Shown here: in pieces, positions 22,306-32,419 of the stretch | How positions within the stretch are numbered: the stretch's first letter is position 1 | How the letters are laid out: every line of letters begins with the position of its first letter | Assembly (NCBI GenBank): GCA_902500055.1 | Contig: GCA_902500055.1_4131.1 | Length of the DNA: 64,000 nt | Direction: 5' to 3' (one strand) | Origin: Escherichia coli | GTDB lineage: Bacteria > Pseudomonadota > Gammaproteobacteria > Enterobacterales > Enterobacteriaceae | Made by a program: the position numbers and the translations under genes | Notes under the pieces: generated by a model | The model's database searches: none | Told to the model about the DNA's origin: nothing | The model's input: the letters and a program-made list of their open reading frames with translations, nothing else

Positions 22306-22485
22306 TTATATTTTTTTGTCTCTAACCGCAAGCTCATAGATGAACCAACGATTTCCATTCTCATCTAGTACATATGATTCGAACTTATATTTGTCTCGTA
22401 AAATATCGAAATGACCATCAATAAATCCATTTCCAAACTGGTCATAACGTTTTTTCATCATTGCCATCCATTCTTCATGTGTCAT
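22306..22485 (-). CDS. MTHEEW small protein, subfamily B
   Basis: 59 aa MTHEEWMAMMKKRYDQFGNGFIDGHFDILRDKYKFESYVLDENGNRWFIYELAVRDKKI. Confidence 0.5.
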   Translation of the reverse strand: MTHEEWMAMMKKRYDQFGNGFIDGHFDILRDKYKFESYVLDENGNRWFIYELAVRDKKI

Positions 22486-22667
22486 CTCTTAATATCCATA
22501 ACGGCTATACTAAAATATGTACCAAAATCATCACAATTGATAATGTTGTTATAGTACTCAATTGGGTTACGCAATGATATATACAATTCAAGCTTAAAAT
22601 AGTATATATCTGCTGCATTTATATTATAGTGTAGATTAAACCACTCATCAAATGTCTTAGGCTGCAT
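22482..22667 (-). CDS. hypothetical protein
   Basis: 61 aa ORF. Confidence 0.4.
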   Translation of the reverse strand: MQPKTFDEWFNLHYNINAADIYYFKLELYISLRNPIEYYNNIINCDDFGTYFSIAVMDIKR

Positions 22668-23061
22668 TATATTTATCTTTATAAAAATCCATGATTTTAG
22701 TCAACAGTACTGCAATCGTATAATCTAAATCAGGATAAAGTAAATTGTACTGAAATTCTTCCTCAACACTATAGTTAGTGGTACAGTACTGGTAATCTTT
22801 ATAACCTATTGAAAAATAATTCGGATACAATGTACAACGAAAGCGATAAGCTTCATCTGTCATATAATCATTGTATTCAACACAGAAGTATAGTGATTTT
22901 GAATTTAATTCGATAAGCTCCACGAAACCATCTGGTAATGAATGATTATAAATGGTATTATCATTATTAAACCATTCATAATATTTTTCTAAAAAATCAC
23001 TAATAGATACATCAAGACTTTGTATAGGTGGAGTTATGATAATTTGAACTTCGTTATTCAT
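22657..23061 (-). CDS. EExFQxST-motif paralog family protein (divergent)
   Basis: C-proximal SVEEEFQYNLLYPDLDYTIAVLL. Confidence 0.5.
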   Translation of the reverse strand: MNNEVQIIITPPIQSLDVSISDFLEKYYEWFNNDNTIYNHSLPDGFVELIELNSKSLYFCVEYNDYMTDEAYRFRCTLYPNYFSIGYKDYQYCTTNYSVEEEFQYNLLYPDLDYTIAVLLTKIMDFYKDKYNAA

Positions 23062-23606
23062 TTTCTCCCCTTATTATATTTTACATATGGGTTATCATAA
23101 AGATCATAACTTTTCTGAGCACGTTCTTTTTTGCGTTCATACATAATTCTATCATACTCCTTCGCTTTCCCATTTGCTTCATTATACAGTTTTAAAATTA
23201 GCAAAAATGTATCAAGGTCAGGGTAGTTTGCTGGATTGATAGTACTTAACATAAATCGTTCTTCTTCAGTTCTAGCAACATCAAACTCATACTTAATAGT
23301 TTTATACCCACTCCATTTATATGTGTGTATTACTTTGTTAGTAAGTACATTATATTCAACGAAATCAGTACTACCATCAAGTACACGAGTAATCTTAATA
23401 GATGTACCAATGACAATCTGTACAGAACTCATTTCTGAAGTTTTAAAGTAATAAATGTTATTACGGCGAAGATTAACTTCTCGATCTCCAATGCGAACAT
23501 GCTTAATAACTTCCATTAATGGTTCTGGTACACCACGAATTGGCATGTTAATGCTCCTTTTTAATTCTATACATTTTAACAGCACTGGTTTCCCAAAAGT
23601 CACCAT
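23058..23606 (-). CDS. EExFQxST-motif paralog family protein
   Basis: C-proximal TEEERFMLSTINPANYPDLDTF. Confidence 0.5.
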   Translation of the reverse strand: MVTFGKPVLLKCIELKRSINMPIRGVPEPLMEVIKHVRIGDREVNLRRNNIYYFKTSEMSSVQIVIGTSIKITRVLDGSTDFVEYNVLTNKVIHTYKWSGYKTIKYEFDVARTEEERFMLSTINPANYPDLDTFLLILKLYNEANGKAKEYDRIMYERKKERAQKSYDLYDNPYVKYNKGRK

Positions 23607-23784
23607 CTAAGTTGCTGAATTTATATATAGTTTCGAGATTTTCACCATCAAACGAAAACAACACAACATCTTCTTGTACAGTGCCGTTATGTAACATGAT
23701 ATCATAAACTTCATTTCTTACAAATAATTCTTTGGCCTTAGAAATATCAAAATCAATAAATTTCATATATCCTCCTATTATCAT
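23548..23784 (-). CDS. hypothetical protein
   Basis: 78 aa ORF; overlaps the N-terminus of the downstream ORF, whose start may be internal. Confidence 0.4.
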   Translation of the reverse strand: MIIGGYMKFIDFDISKAKELFVRNEVYDIMLHNGTVQEDVVLFSFDGENLETIYKFSNLDGDFWETSAVKMYRIKKEH

Positions 23785-23814
23785 TATTTGTATTATATCA
23801 GAGTTTCATTGCAT

Positions 23815-24207
23815 CTACCAGCATGTTTTCATAACTTCTGTGATGTGATTCATTTTATCTTTAAGTACGTAAGGGATGCAAATTTCACCTGGGCTTAACG
23901 TTGTGTTCTTTTGAAACTCATCTTCTTCGGAATCAGCCAGGTAAAATGGGTGTGTCACAAAGGTATCATCAACTGGACGATTATGTGGTTTCATTAATGC
24001 ATCATGATTGACAAAATAATAAGCATCAATATCAGGACGGAAATACAAACAATCAACCTTAATGCACGGGTGTAACCATAAGGACAAAGAATATGTTATT
24101 TGGTTACCAATTTGTCTTGGGCCTGATGCAATTGTATTGATGTTATTTTTATCTTGTACCATTTCATAAATGAAATCTATCATTTCGTGTAGTTCTGATT
24201 CAGTCAT
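23815..24207 (-). CDS. EExFQxST-motif paralog family protein (divergent)
   Basis: C-proximal SEEDEFQKNTTLSPGEI. Confidence 0.5.
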   Translation of the reverse strand: MTESELHEMIDFIYEMVQDKNNINTIASGPRQIGNQITYSLSLWLHPCIKVDCLYFRPDIDAYYFVNHDALMKPHNRPVDDTFVTHPFYLADSEEDEFQKNTTLSPGEICIPYVLKDKMNHITEVMKTCW

Positions 24208-24218
24208 TTTATTTCCTT

Positions 24219-24248
24219 AAAAAAATACCCAGTACTTGACTGGGTATT
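24219..24248 (-). terminator. rho-independent terminator
   Basis: 10-bp stem aatacccagt/actgggtatt followed by a T-run on the minus strand. Confidence 0.65.
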
Positions 24249-24433
24249 TACAAAGTAACGTTTAATCAGATTTATTTTCGTAATCTGTAAAAACAGTCAG
24301 GATTGTTGCACATAGTGAATCAACTACTGATGCACGTGTGTTATCAAGGTCTTTAGCTAGTGCTTGAATCTCTTGAAGTTTTACTACTAAGTCGATTTTT
24401 TGATTACTCATTACTTCTCCTATTGGATGTTTT

Positions 24434-24724
24434 TTAGATATTAATTTTTATACCACTAAGGTCTAGAACTTTTTTATTAGATACTGTTTCTGATTCTAAT
24501 TTAGTTTCTTTTACCTCAGTGTTAATATTTACGTCATCTTTGAGAATATCAGGGATAATACCATGTTGAATATCATCGTACATAGAAACAACGGTTTCGG
24601 CACAAGATAACATTTCACGAACTTTGTACTGATAACCCTGTGGTAACTCATTGATGATTTCCATAATATCTAATAATTTAGTTTGGACATCAATAAGAAT
24701 TTTTCTTGATTTTTCTGGTTCCAT
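24434..24724 (-). CDS. hypothetical protein
   Basis: 96 aa ORF. Confidence 0.5.
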   Translation of the reverse strand: MEPEKSRKILIDVQTKLLDIMEIINELPQGYQYKVREMLSCAETVVSMYDDIQHGIIPDILKDDVNINTEVKETKLESETVSNKKVLDLSGIKINI

Positions 24725-25230
24725 TACTCCAACTCCACAACATTACTTTTTTTGGATTTAATCACTGATGGTGGCTCATTAACGCTTGTTTGACCACGAA
24801 GTGATTTTTCCAACGCAATGATGCGTTTTAAAGTTTTTATTGATGGTCGCTTCTTCGTCAACTCAGCTTTTGCTTCTGAATAATATTTTCTTACATATCC
24901 ATAGGCATAATATTTTGAACCAATGAAAATTTCAGCAACTACTGGATTTGAGTATTGTGTATCAATCCCATTCTGTTCTGTCTCTACAGTGTAAAATGAA
25001 ATATTTGTATCACATGCTGAAATTTTAGCCACCAAAAGATTTGCATCGAACTTATCTAAAATTAGAGAAATTGTTTTTTCGGCATCAGCACTATATGGCA
25101 TAGCAGACATTAAAAGTTGGAATGTCTTAAAGTACTTACTTCCACTAATCATGGTATTGAAAATCAATCCAATGGTGATTAATGCAAGTGTACCAATACA
25201 CACAAACAAAAACCAATATTCAACACTCAT
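24724..25230 (-). CDS. hypothetical membrane-anchored protein
   Basis: N-terminal TM MSVEYWFLFVCIGTLALITIGLIF. Confidence 0.5.
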   Translation of the reverse strand: MSVEYWFLFVCIGTLALITIGLIFNTMISGSKYFKTFQLLMSAMPYSADAEKTISLILDKFDANLLVAKISACDTNISFYTVETEQNGIDTQYSNPVVAEIFIGSKYYAYGYVRKYYSEAKAELTKKRPSIKTLKRIIALEKSLRGQTSVNEPPSVIKSKKSNVVELE

Positions 25231-25295
25231 TTATAAATCCTCTTACTTTATATGATTAAAATGCCCCATCAAAAATGATGAGGCGGTAAGATAAA

Positions 25296-25505
25296 TTACT
25301 TACGATTTGCTTTACGCAGTTCAGATAGTTCTTCTTGAAGACTTTTCTTCCATGCAATCAAGTGAGCAAAACGGATTGGCCTTGCACCAGTACCGTGGAA
25401 TACTGCTAGAGCTTCTTCTGCTTGATGAATCTGGAATTGAATATAGTTCACAGTGCGGTCGAAGTCGGTGATATCTAGTACTTGTGCGTTAGTTTCTTTA
25501 GCCAT
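25296..25505 (-). CDS. hypothetical protein
   Basis: 69 aa ORF downstream of a promoter. Confidence 0.5.
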   Translation of the reverse strand: MAKETNAQVLDITDFDRTVNYIQFQIHQAEEALAVFHGTGARPIRFAHLIAWKKSLQEELSELRKANRK

Positions 25506-25588
25506 TTTAATACCCTTTTATTTCTTTTTTATGAAAAACCCTCATCATTGAGGAATGGTTTGCATTTTAATATCTGCCGATAACAAAC

Positions 25589-25617
25589 ATTATATCACAA
25601 TATCTGTTCTTGTCCAA
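25589..25617 (-). promoter_or_regulatory. sigma-70-type promoter with extended -10
   Basis: Minus strand TTGGAC-N17-TGTGATATAAT. Confidence 0.5.
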
Positions 25618-25620
25618 TTT

Positions 25621-25980
25621 TTAATTATTAGAAAGAACAATTTTTGAAACTGGTAAATCTGTATTATTTACACGTTGTTCATTATATCCATTCTGTACAA
25701 GAATGTCAATAACTTTAGACTTATCAATTGTAAATGATTCTAACATATCATATCGGTAATAACCAATAGTCTGACTGAACTCATATTTTCCTGGCTGTTG
25801 ACGACAACACGTATTTGTTTCAGCCATAATCTTATTGATTAGGTAATATGTTTCAGTACTATCAATATTTGGAATATAGATCTTATCATCAAAATGAATT
25901 ACTTCATGTTTATTCATAGAGTGATTCAATCTCCGCTTTAAGAATGGAAATAATCTCTTTCTGAAGGCCAGTAATTTCAC
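25621..25980 (-). CDS. hypothetical protein
   Basis: 119 aa ORF. Confidence 0.5.
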   Translation of the reverse strand: MKLLAFRKRLFPFLKRRLNHSMNKHEVIHFDDKIYIPNIDSTETYYLINKIMAETNTCCRQQPGKYEFSQTIGYYRYDMLESFTIDKSKVIDILVQNGYNEQRVNNTDLPVSKIVLSNN

Positions 25981-26179
25981 TGTTCAAAGATGATAGTCGC
26001 TTCGATAATGCCATGAATTGCTTTGCATCTTCTTTAGAACGGTCATTTCGTACTTTATCAGAACTCCAGTTAGCATATGATTGCTCATCTTTCCTGTTAA
26101 GGATATCCCAGTCTAAACGTACTAGTTTACGTTCTTTCTTCAGTTCGCTTAAGCGAGATTTCATTTCTTCTTTAGTCAT
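25910..26179 (-). CDS. hypothetical protein
   Basis: 89 aa charged helical ORF. Confidence 0.45.
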   Translation of the reverse strand: MTKEEMKSRLSELKKERKLVRLDWDILNRKDEQSYANWSSDKVRNDRSKEDAKQFMALSKRLSSLNSEITGLQKEIISILKAEIESLYE

Positions 26180-26469
26180 TAAATTGTTCCTTTCATGAAG
26201 TCTGGAATAACGATTACGATAGGAGGATTATACTCTACATAACCATTTTTTGTCAATAGACTTTTAATATCTGAAATCACATTATCATGCTGTTCAATAT
26301 CTTTATCACAAAAGATTTCCAATTCTTTCTGAAACGGTTTTTTAACCGAGATGTTTTGAGTCAGTGTTTGGATTCTCTGTAACATATCAATTGGATCTGG
26401 ACTGAACTCATTACCAACATAAAGAGTACCAGATGCATCTTTTTCTAGCAAGACTTCTAAAATTTTCAT
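26179..26469 (-). CDS. hypothetical protein
   Basis: 96 aa ORF. Confidence 0.5.
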   Translation of the reverse strand: MKILEVLLEKDASGTLYVGNEFSPDPIDMLQRIQTLTQNISVKKPFQKELEIFCDKDIEQHDNVISDIKSLLTKNGYVEYNPPIVIVIPDFMKGTI

Positions 26470-27302
26470 TTCTTATCCTTCAATTTACTAAAGTTTTCTC
26501 GTGTAAATCCAGGAACTGGAAAATATACATCACAGTCAACATCAGGATTAATAATTACCATGTCATTACATATTATATCACGAATTTTACTACCGTCCAC
26601 GATTTTTTGCATTAAATCATTCCATTTTTTACGAGAAACAACGAATGTACTAATTATACATAAATCATGTCCACGTTTTGAAATATATCCTAATACTTCA
26701 TTATCGTAAACAACACGTATGGTAACTTTTCCAATTGTTACCCCTCTTACTGGATTAATACTAGTATCTTCAAAAATTAATTCTAATTTAAGTTTACCAT
26801 TTGAAATAAGTGATGAAGTATATTTAGAAACCATTTTATCAATTTCTTGAGTCAAATCATCTCTACCTAGATATTCAAATACAGAATAAGTTAATTCGTC
26901 TGCACCTAACTGTTGGATAGTTGGAAGCTGGGCAACCATATCTAAAGATACAGGTTCGATATATATTCTTTCAATATCAGACGATTGTATAAATAGACAA
27001 CCATCAGGTGTCGTATCTCTAACAATTTCGGCATAATATGTATAAAGATAAAAAACATTAGACTCTGATGAGTCAGTTTCTACCCAAATCTCAGATTGTT
27101 TCATTTCATCTTTATGAAGAATTCGTTGAGTAAATCCTATGTAAAAACCAAGATATAAATCATCATCAGTTTCAAACGGATTAAACATCAAATACGGATA
27201 TTTGTCAAGGTACTCATTGAACTTACGCTGCACATCTCTATCACAATCCATGATATACTTTCGGAATTCAGAAATGATTATTTTTTCTAATGACATAATC
27301 AA
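26466..27302 (-). CDS. hypothetical protein
   Basis: 278 aa ORF. Confidence 0.6.
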   Translation of the reverse strand: MIMSLEKIIISEFRKYIMDCDRDVQRKFNEYLDKYPYLMFNPFETDDDLYLGFYIGFTQRILHKDEMKQSEIWVETDSSESNVFYLYTYYAEIVRDTTPDGCLFIQSSDIERIYIEPVSLDMVAQLPTIQQLGADELTYSVFEYLGRDDLTQEIDKMVSKYTSSLISNGKLKLELIFEDTSINPVRGVTIGKVTIRVVYDNEVLGYISKRGHDLCIISTFVVSRKKWNDLMQKIVDGSKIRDIICNDMVIINPDVDCDVYFPVPGFTRENFSKLKDKK

Positions 27303-27496
27303 TCCTCAAGATGCATGTAGTACATAAACATCGCCAACCATATAAAAAAGCCGAAACAACGAAGTAAAATATCAATTGTTGGATCTGTCCCACCATTAAC
27401 TTGGTAAACGATTACTGGGATTAAAGCAATAGTAAGAGACACAGCACATAAGATGAATGCAACAAACACCTCAAACATAAACTTAATCGTTTCCAT
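27299..27496 (-). CDS. hypothetical small membrane protein
   Basis: 65 aa with two hydrophobic segments. Confidence 0.45.
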   Translation of the reverse strand: METIKFMFEVFVAFILCAVSLTIALIPVIVYQVNGGTDPTIDILLRCFGFFIWLAMFMYYMHLED

Positions 27497-28055
27497 TATT
27501 ATCCTTCAGTGTGTAGTGTAGTACATCTAAAAAGTTATACATTGATTCATTACGCATAACCTTGATTGTTAAATTACGACAACCCAACATACGTTTGAGG
27601 CGACGCTTCACCGCAGTTAAATCATGTGTACTATTCGTATACAGACCATTAACCTGACCTGGAACAGTTGGCACATGAAGAATGTAATCATAATTCATTA
27701 GTAAGCGTTGATTATATTTCTTTAATGCTTGCTTGTATTCTGAAATATTTTCAAAGAATGTACAATAACGGTCGTAACGATTCATTTTATTCAAAATTGA
27801 AATACGAAAAGCGTTACCACTATTCCAATCATCTTCAGTTGGGTTTGGGTTGATATGTGCCATGTTAGCTGTACTGTACCCACCACTTGTGAAAACTTCA
27901 GAATATCCATTCTCAAAAACATACAATGTTGCTTTGTGGCCTCTGAATTCTTTACGGTACTTTGACAGTACTTGGATGTGATTACGCTTGGACTTGTACA
28001 TTTCGTAACCTTCATAATCTGAACTGAATTCACAAATTTTATCAACACCAGCCAT
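27483..28055 (-). CDS. hypothetical protein
   Basis: 190 aa ORF. Confidence 0.55.
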   Translation of the reverse strand: MAGVDKICEFSSDYEGYEMYKSKRNHIQVLSKYRKEFRGHKATLYVFENGYSEVFTSGGYSTANMAHINPNPTEDDWNSGNAFRISILNKMNRYDRYCTFFENISEYKQALKKYNQRLLMNYDYILHVPTVPGQVNGLYTNSTHDLTAVKRRLKRMLGCRNLTIKVMRNESMYNFLDVLHYTLKDNNGND

Positions 28056-28255
28056 TTCGTATATCCTCGTTTAATTAATATAGGAGTATTATACATACTC
28101 CATTTTCATGTGTCAAGCTTTATAATACGGAAGACTTTTTACTAAAGATTCAGACGTATTATTTTTTACCCATGTACTACCGTTGTCATTAGATACGTAT
28201 CCAGTACCATTAATAAATTTACGCATAATACCAGTAAAAATGTTAGTGTATACCA

Positions 28256-28453
28256 TTATTCAGTATCCTTCGGTTTAGAATGCAAACCATACTTTTCATC
28301 ATAACGATCATAGGTAGTGCCATTAGTACTGGCTTTGATGCTTTCTGTTCGATTGATTTTTTCAATCTTAACACCACGATAACCAATCTCTTCTTTAAAT
28401 TGTTCCCATGATTCACGTAGACTCATTTTAGCCCCTTTTGTTATTTCATACAC
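28256..28453 (-). CDS. hypothetical protein
   Basis: 65 aa ORF. Confidence 0.45.
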   Translation of the reverse strand: MYEITKGAKMSLRESWEQFKEEIGYRGVKIEKINRTESIKASTNGTTYDRYDEKYGLHSKPKDTE

Positions 28454-28586
28454 TCACGTAGGTCAATCTTTTCAACTGAACCACCGAGTACTAGATAGTG
28501 AAAATTAGAATCTTTGTTTGCCATATTCAAAAGATCTGCTTTCTGTTGAAGCGTAAAGCGTGAAGTACTGTTACGTACTGGCATAG

Positions 28587-29030
28587 TTACTCCTTAAAGT
28601 AGATATCACGAATTTGCTTAATCATCTCTAACTCTTGAAGTCCTATCATACCAAAGTTTTCTTGTACTGTCAACTGTTGGAAGTACATTTCCTCTAAATT
28701 ATCATAAGGAATATCCACTAATGATAAAGGAACACGTTCACCACGGTATAGCAGATCTTCAACTAAAAGTTTTAAAATCATGATAGAAAATGAATCTTTT
28801 TGGATATGAAATTTGTAAAATGTCTGGTTAGTACTGAACATTGTATTTGATGGATTGAAACCCATTTCAACAAATACTGTATCTTTATCATTATGTGTGA
28901 CATATGTACATCTTGAATTCGCAAGAACTTTAGATTTTGGGAAATAAAAATCACCCATCAACTTCTGTCGTTTCCAATCCTCGTATACAACTGGATGCTT
29001 AACCTTCTTCAATTGGTGCAGTACTGTCAT
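28587..29030 (-). CDS. EExFQxST-motif paralog family protein
   Basis: C-proximal LEEMYFQQLTVQENFGMIGLQEL. Confidence 0.55.
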   Translation of the reverse strand: MTVLHQLKKVKHPVVYEDWKRQKLMGDFYFPKSKVLANSRCTYVTHNDKDTVFVEMGFNPSNTMFSTNQTFYKFHIQKDSFSIMILKLLVEDLLYRGERVPLSLVDIPYDNLEEMYFQQLTVQENFGMIGLQELEMIKQIRDIYFKE

Positions 29031-29410
29031 AGTTTTTTCCAGTCCAATGAATCGAAATCGATTTGCTCAGGATTATCAACAGCGACAACTCGTGCATTAT
29101 GAAGAGTTTCAAAGTAGCCGTTCCACGGTGTTCGTAATGGAACTGTCACATCGCCAACTTTAACCAAGAATGAATATTCTGGTGATATTGGGTCAAACCA
29201 CTCTTTTTGTTTAGCATTTTCAACGATAGTTTCGTGTTCTTTAGTATAGCAATTATCTTGCTTCATATAAAACACCCAATGCTCTTTTAGGCACTGTAAA
29301 GCAGCAACTGCTTCCTCTTTAGAAGACCATTGAATATCAATTGTATTAAGAACGTCATAACAATTTTCAGTGTCCCCTGTAGTGTAATGTACTTCAATGC
29401 TGTATTTCAT
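29027..29410 (-). CDS. hypothetical protein
   Basis: 127 aa ORF inside the paralog array but lacking the motif. Confidence 0.5.
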   Translation of the reverse strand: MKYSIEVHYTTGDTENCYDVLNTIDIQWSSKEEAVAALQCLKEHWVFYMKQDNCYTKEHETIVENAKQKEWFDPISPEYSFLVKVGDVTVPLRTPWNGYFETLHNARVVAVDNPEQIDFDSLDWKKL

Positions 29411-29865
29411 TAATCATCGCCTTTTAGTAATTTACAAATTTCAATCATATGATAATAACATGTATTCCAAAATTGTCCATTAGTACTTCCAACATCATGC
29501 ACAGTACTTTGTTGGAAAACATATTCATCGTTGAACATCATTTTAATATCATCAATGTAAAATTCTGGTTTTGAATCATTATTGTATTCAATACTCGTTT
29601 CACCATCTGGATCAAGTGAAATTGATGATATGTCGTGAATTCCTCTCGGATTTGTTGGATAAATTCTCAACGTAAGAGGATAGAAGTCTGGATCGGTTTC
29701 ATAAGTATATTCGATTATGTAATAACCATCACCAGTAATTGATTGATATTTAAATGTAGTTTCAATTGAATTTGAGATGTTAAATCCCAGTTTCTTTATC
29801 TCATGTAGATGTGATAATATTTTATGTAAAGATCCTAAAACATGAATCAAATTATCAATTTTCAT
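29410..29865 (-). CDS. EExFQxST-motif paralog family protein
   Basis: C-proximal NDEYVFQQSTVHDVGSTNGQF. Confidence 0.55.
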   Translation of the reverse strand: MKIDNLIHVLGSLHKILSHLHEIKKLGFNISNSIETTFKYQSITGDGYYIIEYTYETDPDFYPLTLRIYPTNPRGIHDISSISLDPDGETSIEYNNDSKPEFYIDDIKMMFNDEYVFQQSTVHDVGSTNGQFWNTCYYHMIEICKLLKGDD

Positions 29866-30404
29866 TTACGATCCTTTGAAAAGTTCAGTTTAAAAGTTTT
29901 ACCAAATTCCATTGTAGCTTTACCCAGATTGTTAATATTTTCTTTCAACATTTCTTGCATCTTCCTAATACTTTCAATCCAGGCTTCTTCTTCGATACGA
30001 AGAATTGGTCGCAATCGTTCCTGAATATCGTTAAAACGTGTATTGAGTTCAACCAATGATTCATATGTGAAATCTTTCATATCGATAATAGTACTTCTTT
30101 GAAAGAATTCTTCTTCAGACAAATTACTTAAAATGATTTTATCACGACCAATAGATAATGTCAATTCATCATCTTTATTTTTTTTAATTACAATACTAAT
30201 AGGTGTTTTTAATGTAATGCAAATATCATGATTATTAAATGTTTCAGTTTGGTTTGACATTCTGAATTGAAGTTTCCCAGATAAAGCATGTACTGGTGAT
30301 GGTTGCTTTTTACCAGTAATAACATCTTCCCATGAATCGAGAATATTATTAATAATTTTAACATAAGGAATTGGCATATATGCACCTATGAAAAATCCAC
30401 GCAT
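29862..30404 (-). CDS. EExFQxST-motif paralog family protein
   Basis: C-proximal SEEEFFQRSTIIDMKDFTYESL. Confidence 0.55.
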   Translation of the reverse strand: MRGFFIGAYMPIPYVKIINNILDSWEDVITGKKQPSPVHALSGKLQFRMSNQTETFNNHDICITLKTPISIVIKKNKDDELTLSIGRDKIILSNLSEEEFFQRSTIIDMKDFTYESLVELNTRFNDIQERLRPILRIEEEAWIESIRKMQEMLKENINNLGKATMEFGKTFKLNFSKDRK

Positions 30405-30419
30405 TGCGTGGATTTGTAA

Positions 30420-30950
30420 TTATTCAAGTATAGTAATTTCAATTAAACGAATTTCGATAAACTCGTTTTCAGTTTCCCATGACGTGCCAAATTTCTTTTC
30501 AAGTTCAGATTTCACATCACTTTTAAATTTTCCCATAGTATTAGGAATAATTTGTTTGGTTAATTTGTCGTAACCACAATAAAACATAGGTTTCTCCCTT
30601 CGAGATATTAGCTGAACAAAATCTTTTGGATATGCAGGTATGTTATGCATCACTTCATGAATACACTCAGTACTTGAATCTTGTACTTTGTACATTACAT
30701 TAAGTTTACCTCTGAAATTTGCGGTCATATCAACAATAGTTCCTTTACCCGATTTAAGTAAAGTTCCATTCTTTGAATGAGAGCAATAAAATACCTCATC
30801 ACCAATATTAGGATAATACAAATTAAATTCTAATTCAGATTTTACAGCCAGACGTTTGAAACTTTCTGCACGTTTTATATAAGTTTGGTGTTTGTTTATG
30901 TTCAAAAGAATATATCTCGTAGTAAGTGTGATATAACTGGCATAGTCCAT
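30420..30950 (-). CDS. hypothetical protein
   Basis: 176 aa ORF; start overlaps the methyltransferase 3' end. Confidence 0.5.
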   Translation of the reverse strand: MDYASYITLTTRYILLNINKHQTYIKRAESFKRLAVKSELEFNLYYPNIGDEVFYCSHSKNGTLLKSGKGTIVDMTANFRGKLNVMYKVQDSSTECIHEVMHNIPAYPKDFVQLISRREKPMFYCGYDKLTKQIIPNTMGKFKSDVKSELEKKFGTSWETENEFIEIRLIEITILE

Positions 30951-31762
30951 CCATTCCCAAGCATTTTGTATGCTTGTGTTGAACTACTAACTTTGAAGTA
31001 GTTTACATCAATTCCTTGCAACATGCAACACTCTTGTACTGTTAAATGACGATAGTCCACATTTCGCTTACCATGTTCAATAAGGAAATCCCTATCGATA
31101 TCAGGTTCTTTGAAAACAATTTGTCTTCTTGATTTATTAAAGTACTGGTTACAATCACCACCTTTAAAATAGTTAGCATCTATACAGTACGAAGCGGTTC
31201 TGTCAGTGTACCAACCATCTTCAATAATATCTTGAAGTTTAGGTGCATTGGATAATGCAGGTGGTATAAAAAGCTTATCAGTACTGTACCAGTAATATCT
31301 CTGCCTGAAGTGAGGCGTATAATGCTGGGAGTTTATCAGTACTGGTGCAACACCAATCTCTTTGTTGAATATATCCAATGATTCTTTTTTCATTTTAACA
31401 TTCTCAAACAAAAAATTCAAATTGGGATTTAAACTTTTTATGTGATTGAAAATGTCCATCATTGTGTAAAATAACATACTACGTGGATCTTGTAATCCTA
31501 ATTGTTTCCCAGCCGTTGATAGTCCTTGACATGGACTACCCCCGATAAGTAAATCAATTTTATCCCACTCAATATCCCATTCTCTCCATTTAGTTACATC
31601 ACCCAATTGGGTGATATCAGGAAAGTTAGCTTGGGATTCAGCTATTGCGTACTTGTCAATTTCGGATGAATAATATTTTTCAACAGGGATGCCAGCATCT
31701 TTTAATGCCATGTATCCCACACTCATCCCATTAAAAAGAGATAGTACTCGGATAGGTTTCAT
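30902..31762 (-). CDS. DNA (cytosine-5)-methyltransferase
   Basis: Motif I LFNGMSVGY, motif IV GGSPCQGLS, motif VI ENV, C-terminal LTVQECCMLQG and YKMLGNGWTMPV. Confidence 0.8.
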   Translation of the reverse strand: MKPIRVLSLFNGMSVGYMALKDAGIPVEKYYSSEIDKYAIAESQANFPDITQLGDVTKWREWDIEWDKIDLLIGGSPCQGLSTAGKQLGLQDPRSMLFYTMMDIFNHIKSLNPNLNFLFENVKMKKESLDIFNKEIGVAPVLINSQHYTPHFRQRYYWYSTDKLFIPPALSNAPKLQDIIEDGWYTDRTASYCIDANYFKGGDCNQYFNKSRRQIVFKEPDIDRDFLIEHGKRNVDYRHLTVQECCMLQGIDVNYFKVSSSTQAYKMLGNGWTMPVISHLLRDIFF

Positions 31763-31814
31763 ATAAAATCCTTTTTATATTGTTAAGGTACTATAATATA
31801 TTATAGCATCTTAT

Positions 31815-32105
31815 TTAGAAATCTTCCAAACTTTTTTCATCACACCATCGTGATGTACAGATGATTGCAGATGCCATAATTGAAGCACTTGCACGTCCTC
31901 CACCGAGTAAGTACTGGCTAATTACACCAATCATATTGAACACTTTATCATACTCGGTTAGTTGTTCAAAACCTTTCTTCCAATGCTGATATTCTTCTTC
32001 TGTGACATTAAACTCACCATCAAGTTCCTTTAAAATCTTTTTAAGCACAGCACTATGTTCACTCATCATCATCTCCATATCGTTCGTCATAAAAATCATC
32101 ATCAC
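31815..32105 (-). CDS. hypothetical protein
   Basis: 96 aa ORF. Confidence 0.45.
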   Translation of the reverse strand: MMMIFMTNDMEMMMSEHSAVLKKILKELDGEFNVTEEEYQHWKKGFEQLTEYDKVFNMIGVISQYLLGGGRASASIMASAIICTSRWCDEKSLEDF

Positions 32106-32144
32106 GATCTAATGGTTCTTTTGGCTTTTCAGACATATATTTCC

Positions 32145-32405
32145 TCACATGGTAAAGGTATTATCACCATCCATATCTTCATCAGTTGCTTCAGCTAATG
32201 TCTTGATTGTAAGTAATCCACGCTTCACGTACAACATGAAGACCTTTTCATAATTACCAAACATAATCTCAGGTGACATGTAATTCTCTGTTACAATGAC
32301 GATTGGACGGCCCTGTGAAAGCATACGAAACATAGTACGATATTTGTCAAATGTACGAAATTCATCCATGTTCATCATGTGGCGTTTACGAACTACTTTA
32401 GTCAT
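32145..32405 (-). CDS. hypothetical protein
   Basis: 86 aa ORF. Confidence 0.45.
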   Translation of the reverse strand: MTKVVRKRHMMNMDEFRTFDKYRTMFRMLSQGRPIVIVTENYMSPEIMFGNYEKVFMLYVKRGLLTIKTLAEATDEDMDGDNTFTM

Positions 32406-32419
32406 CTTATTACCTTTAG

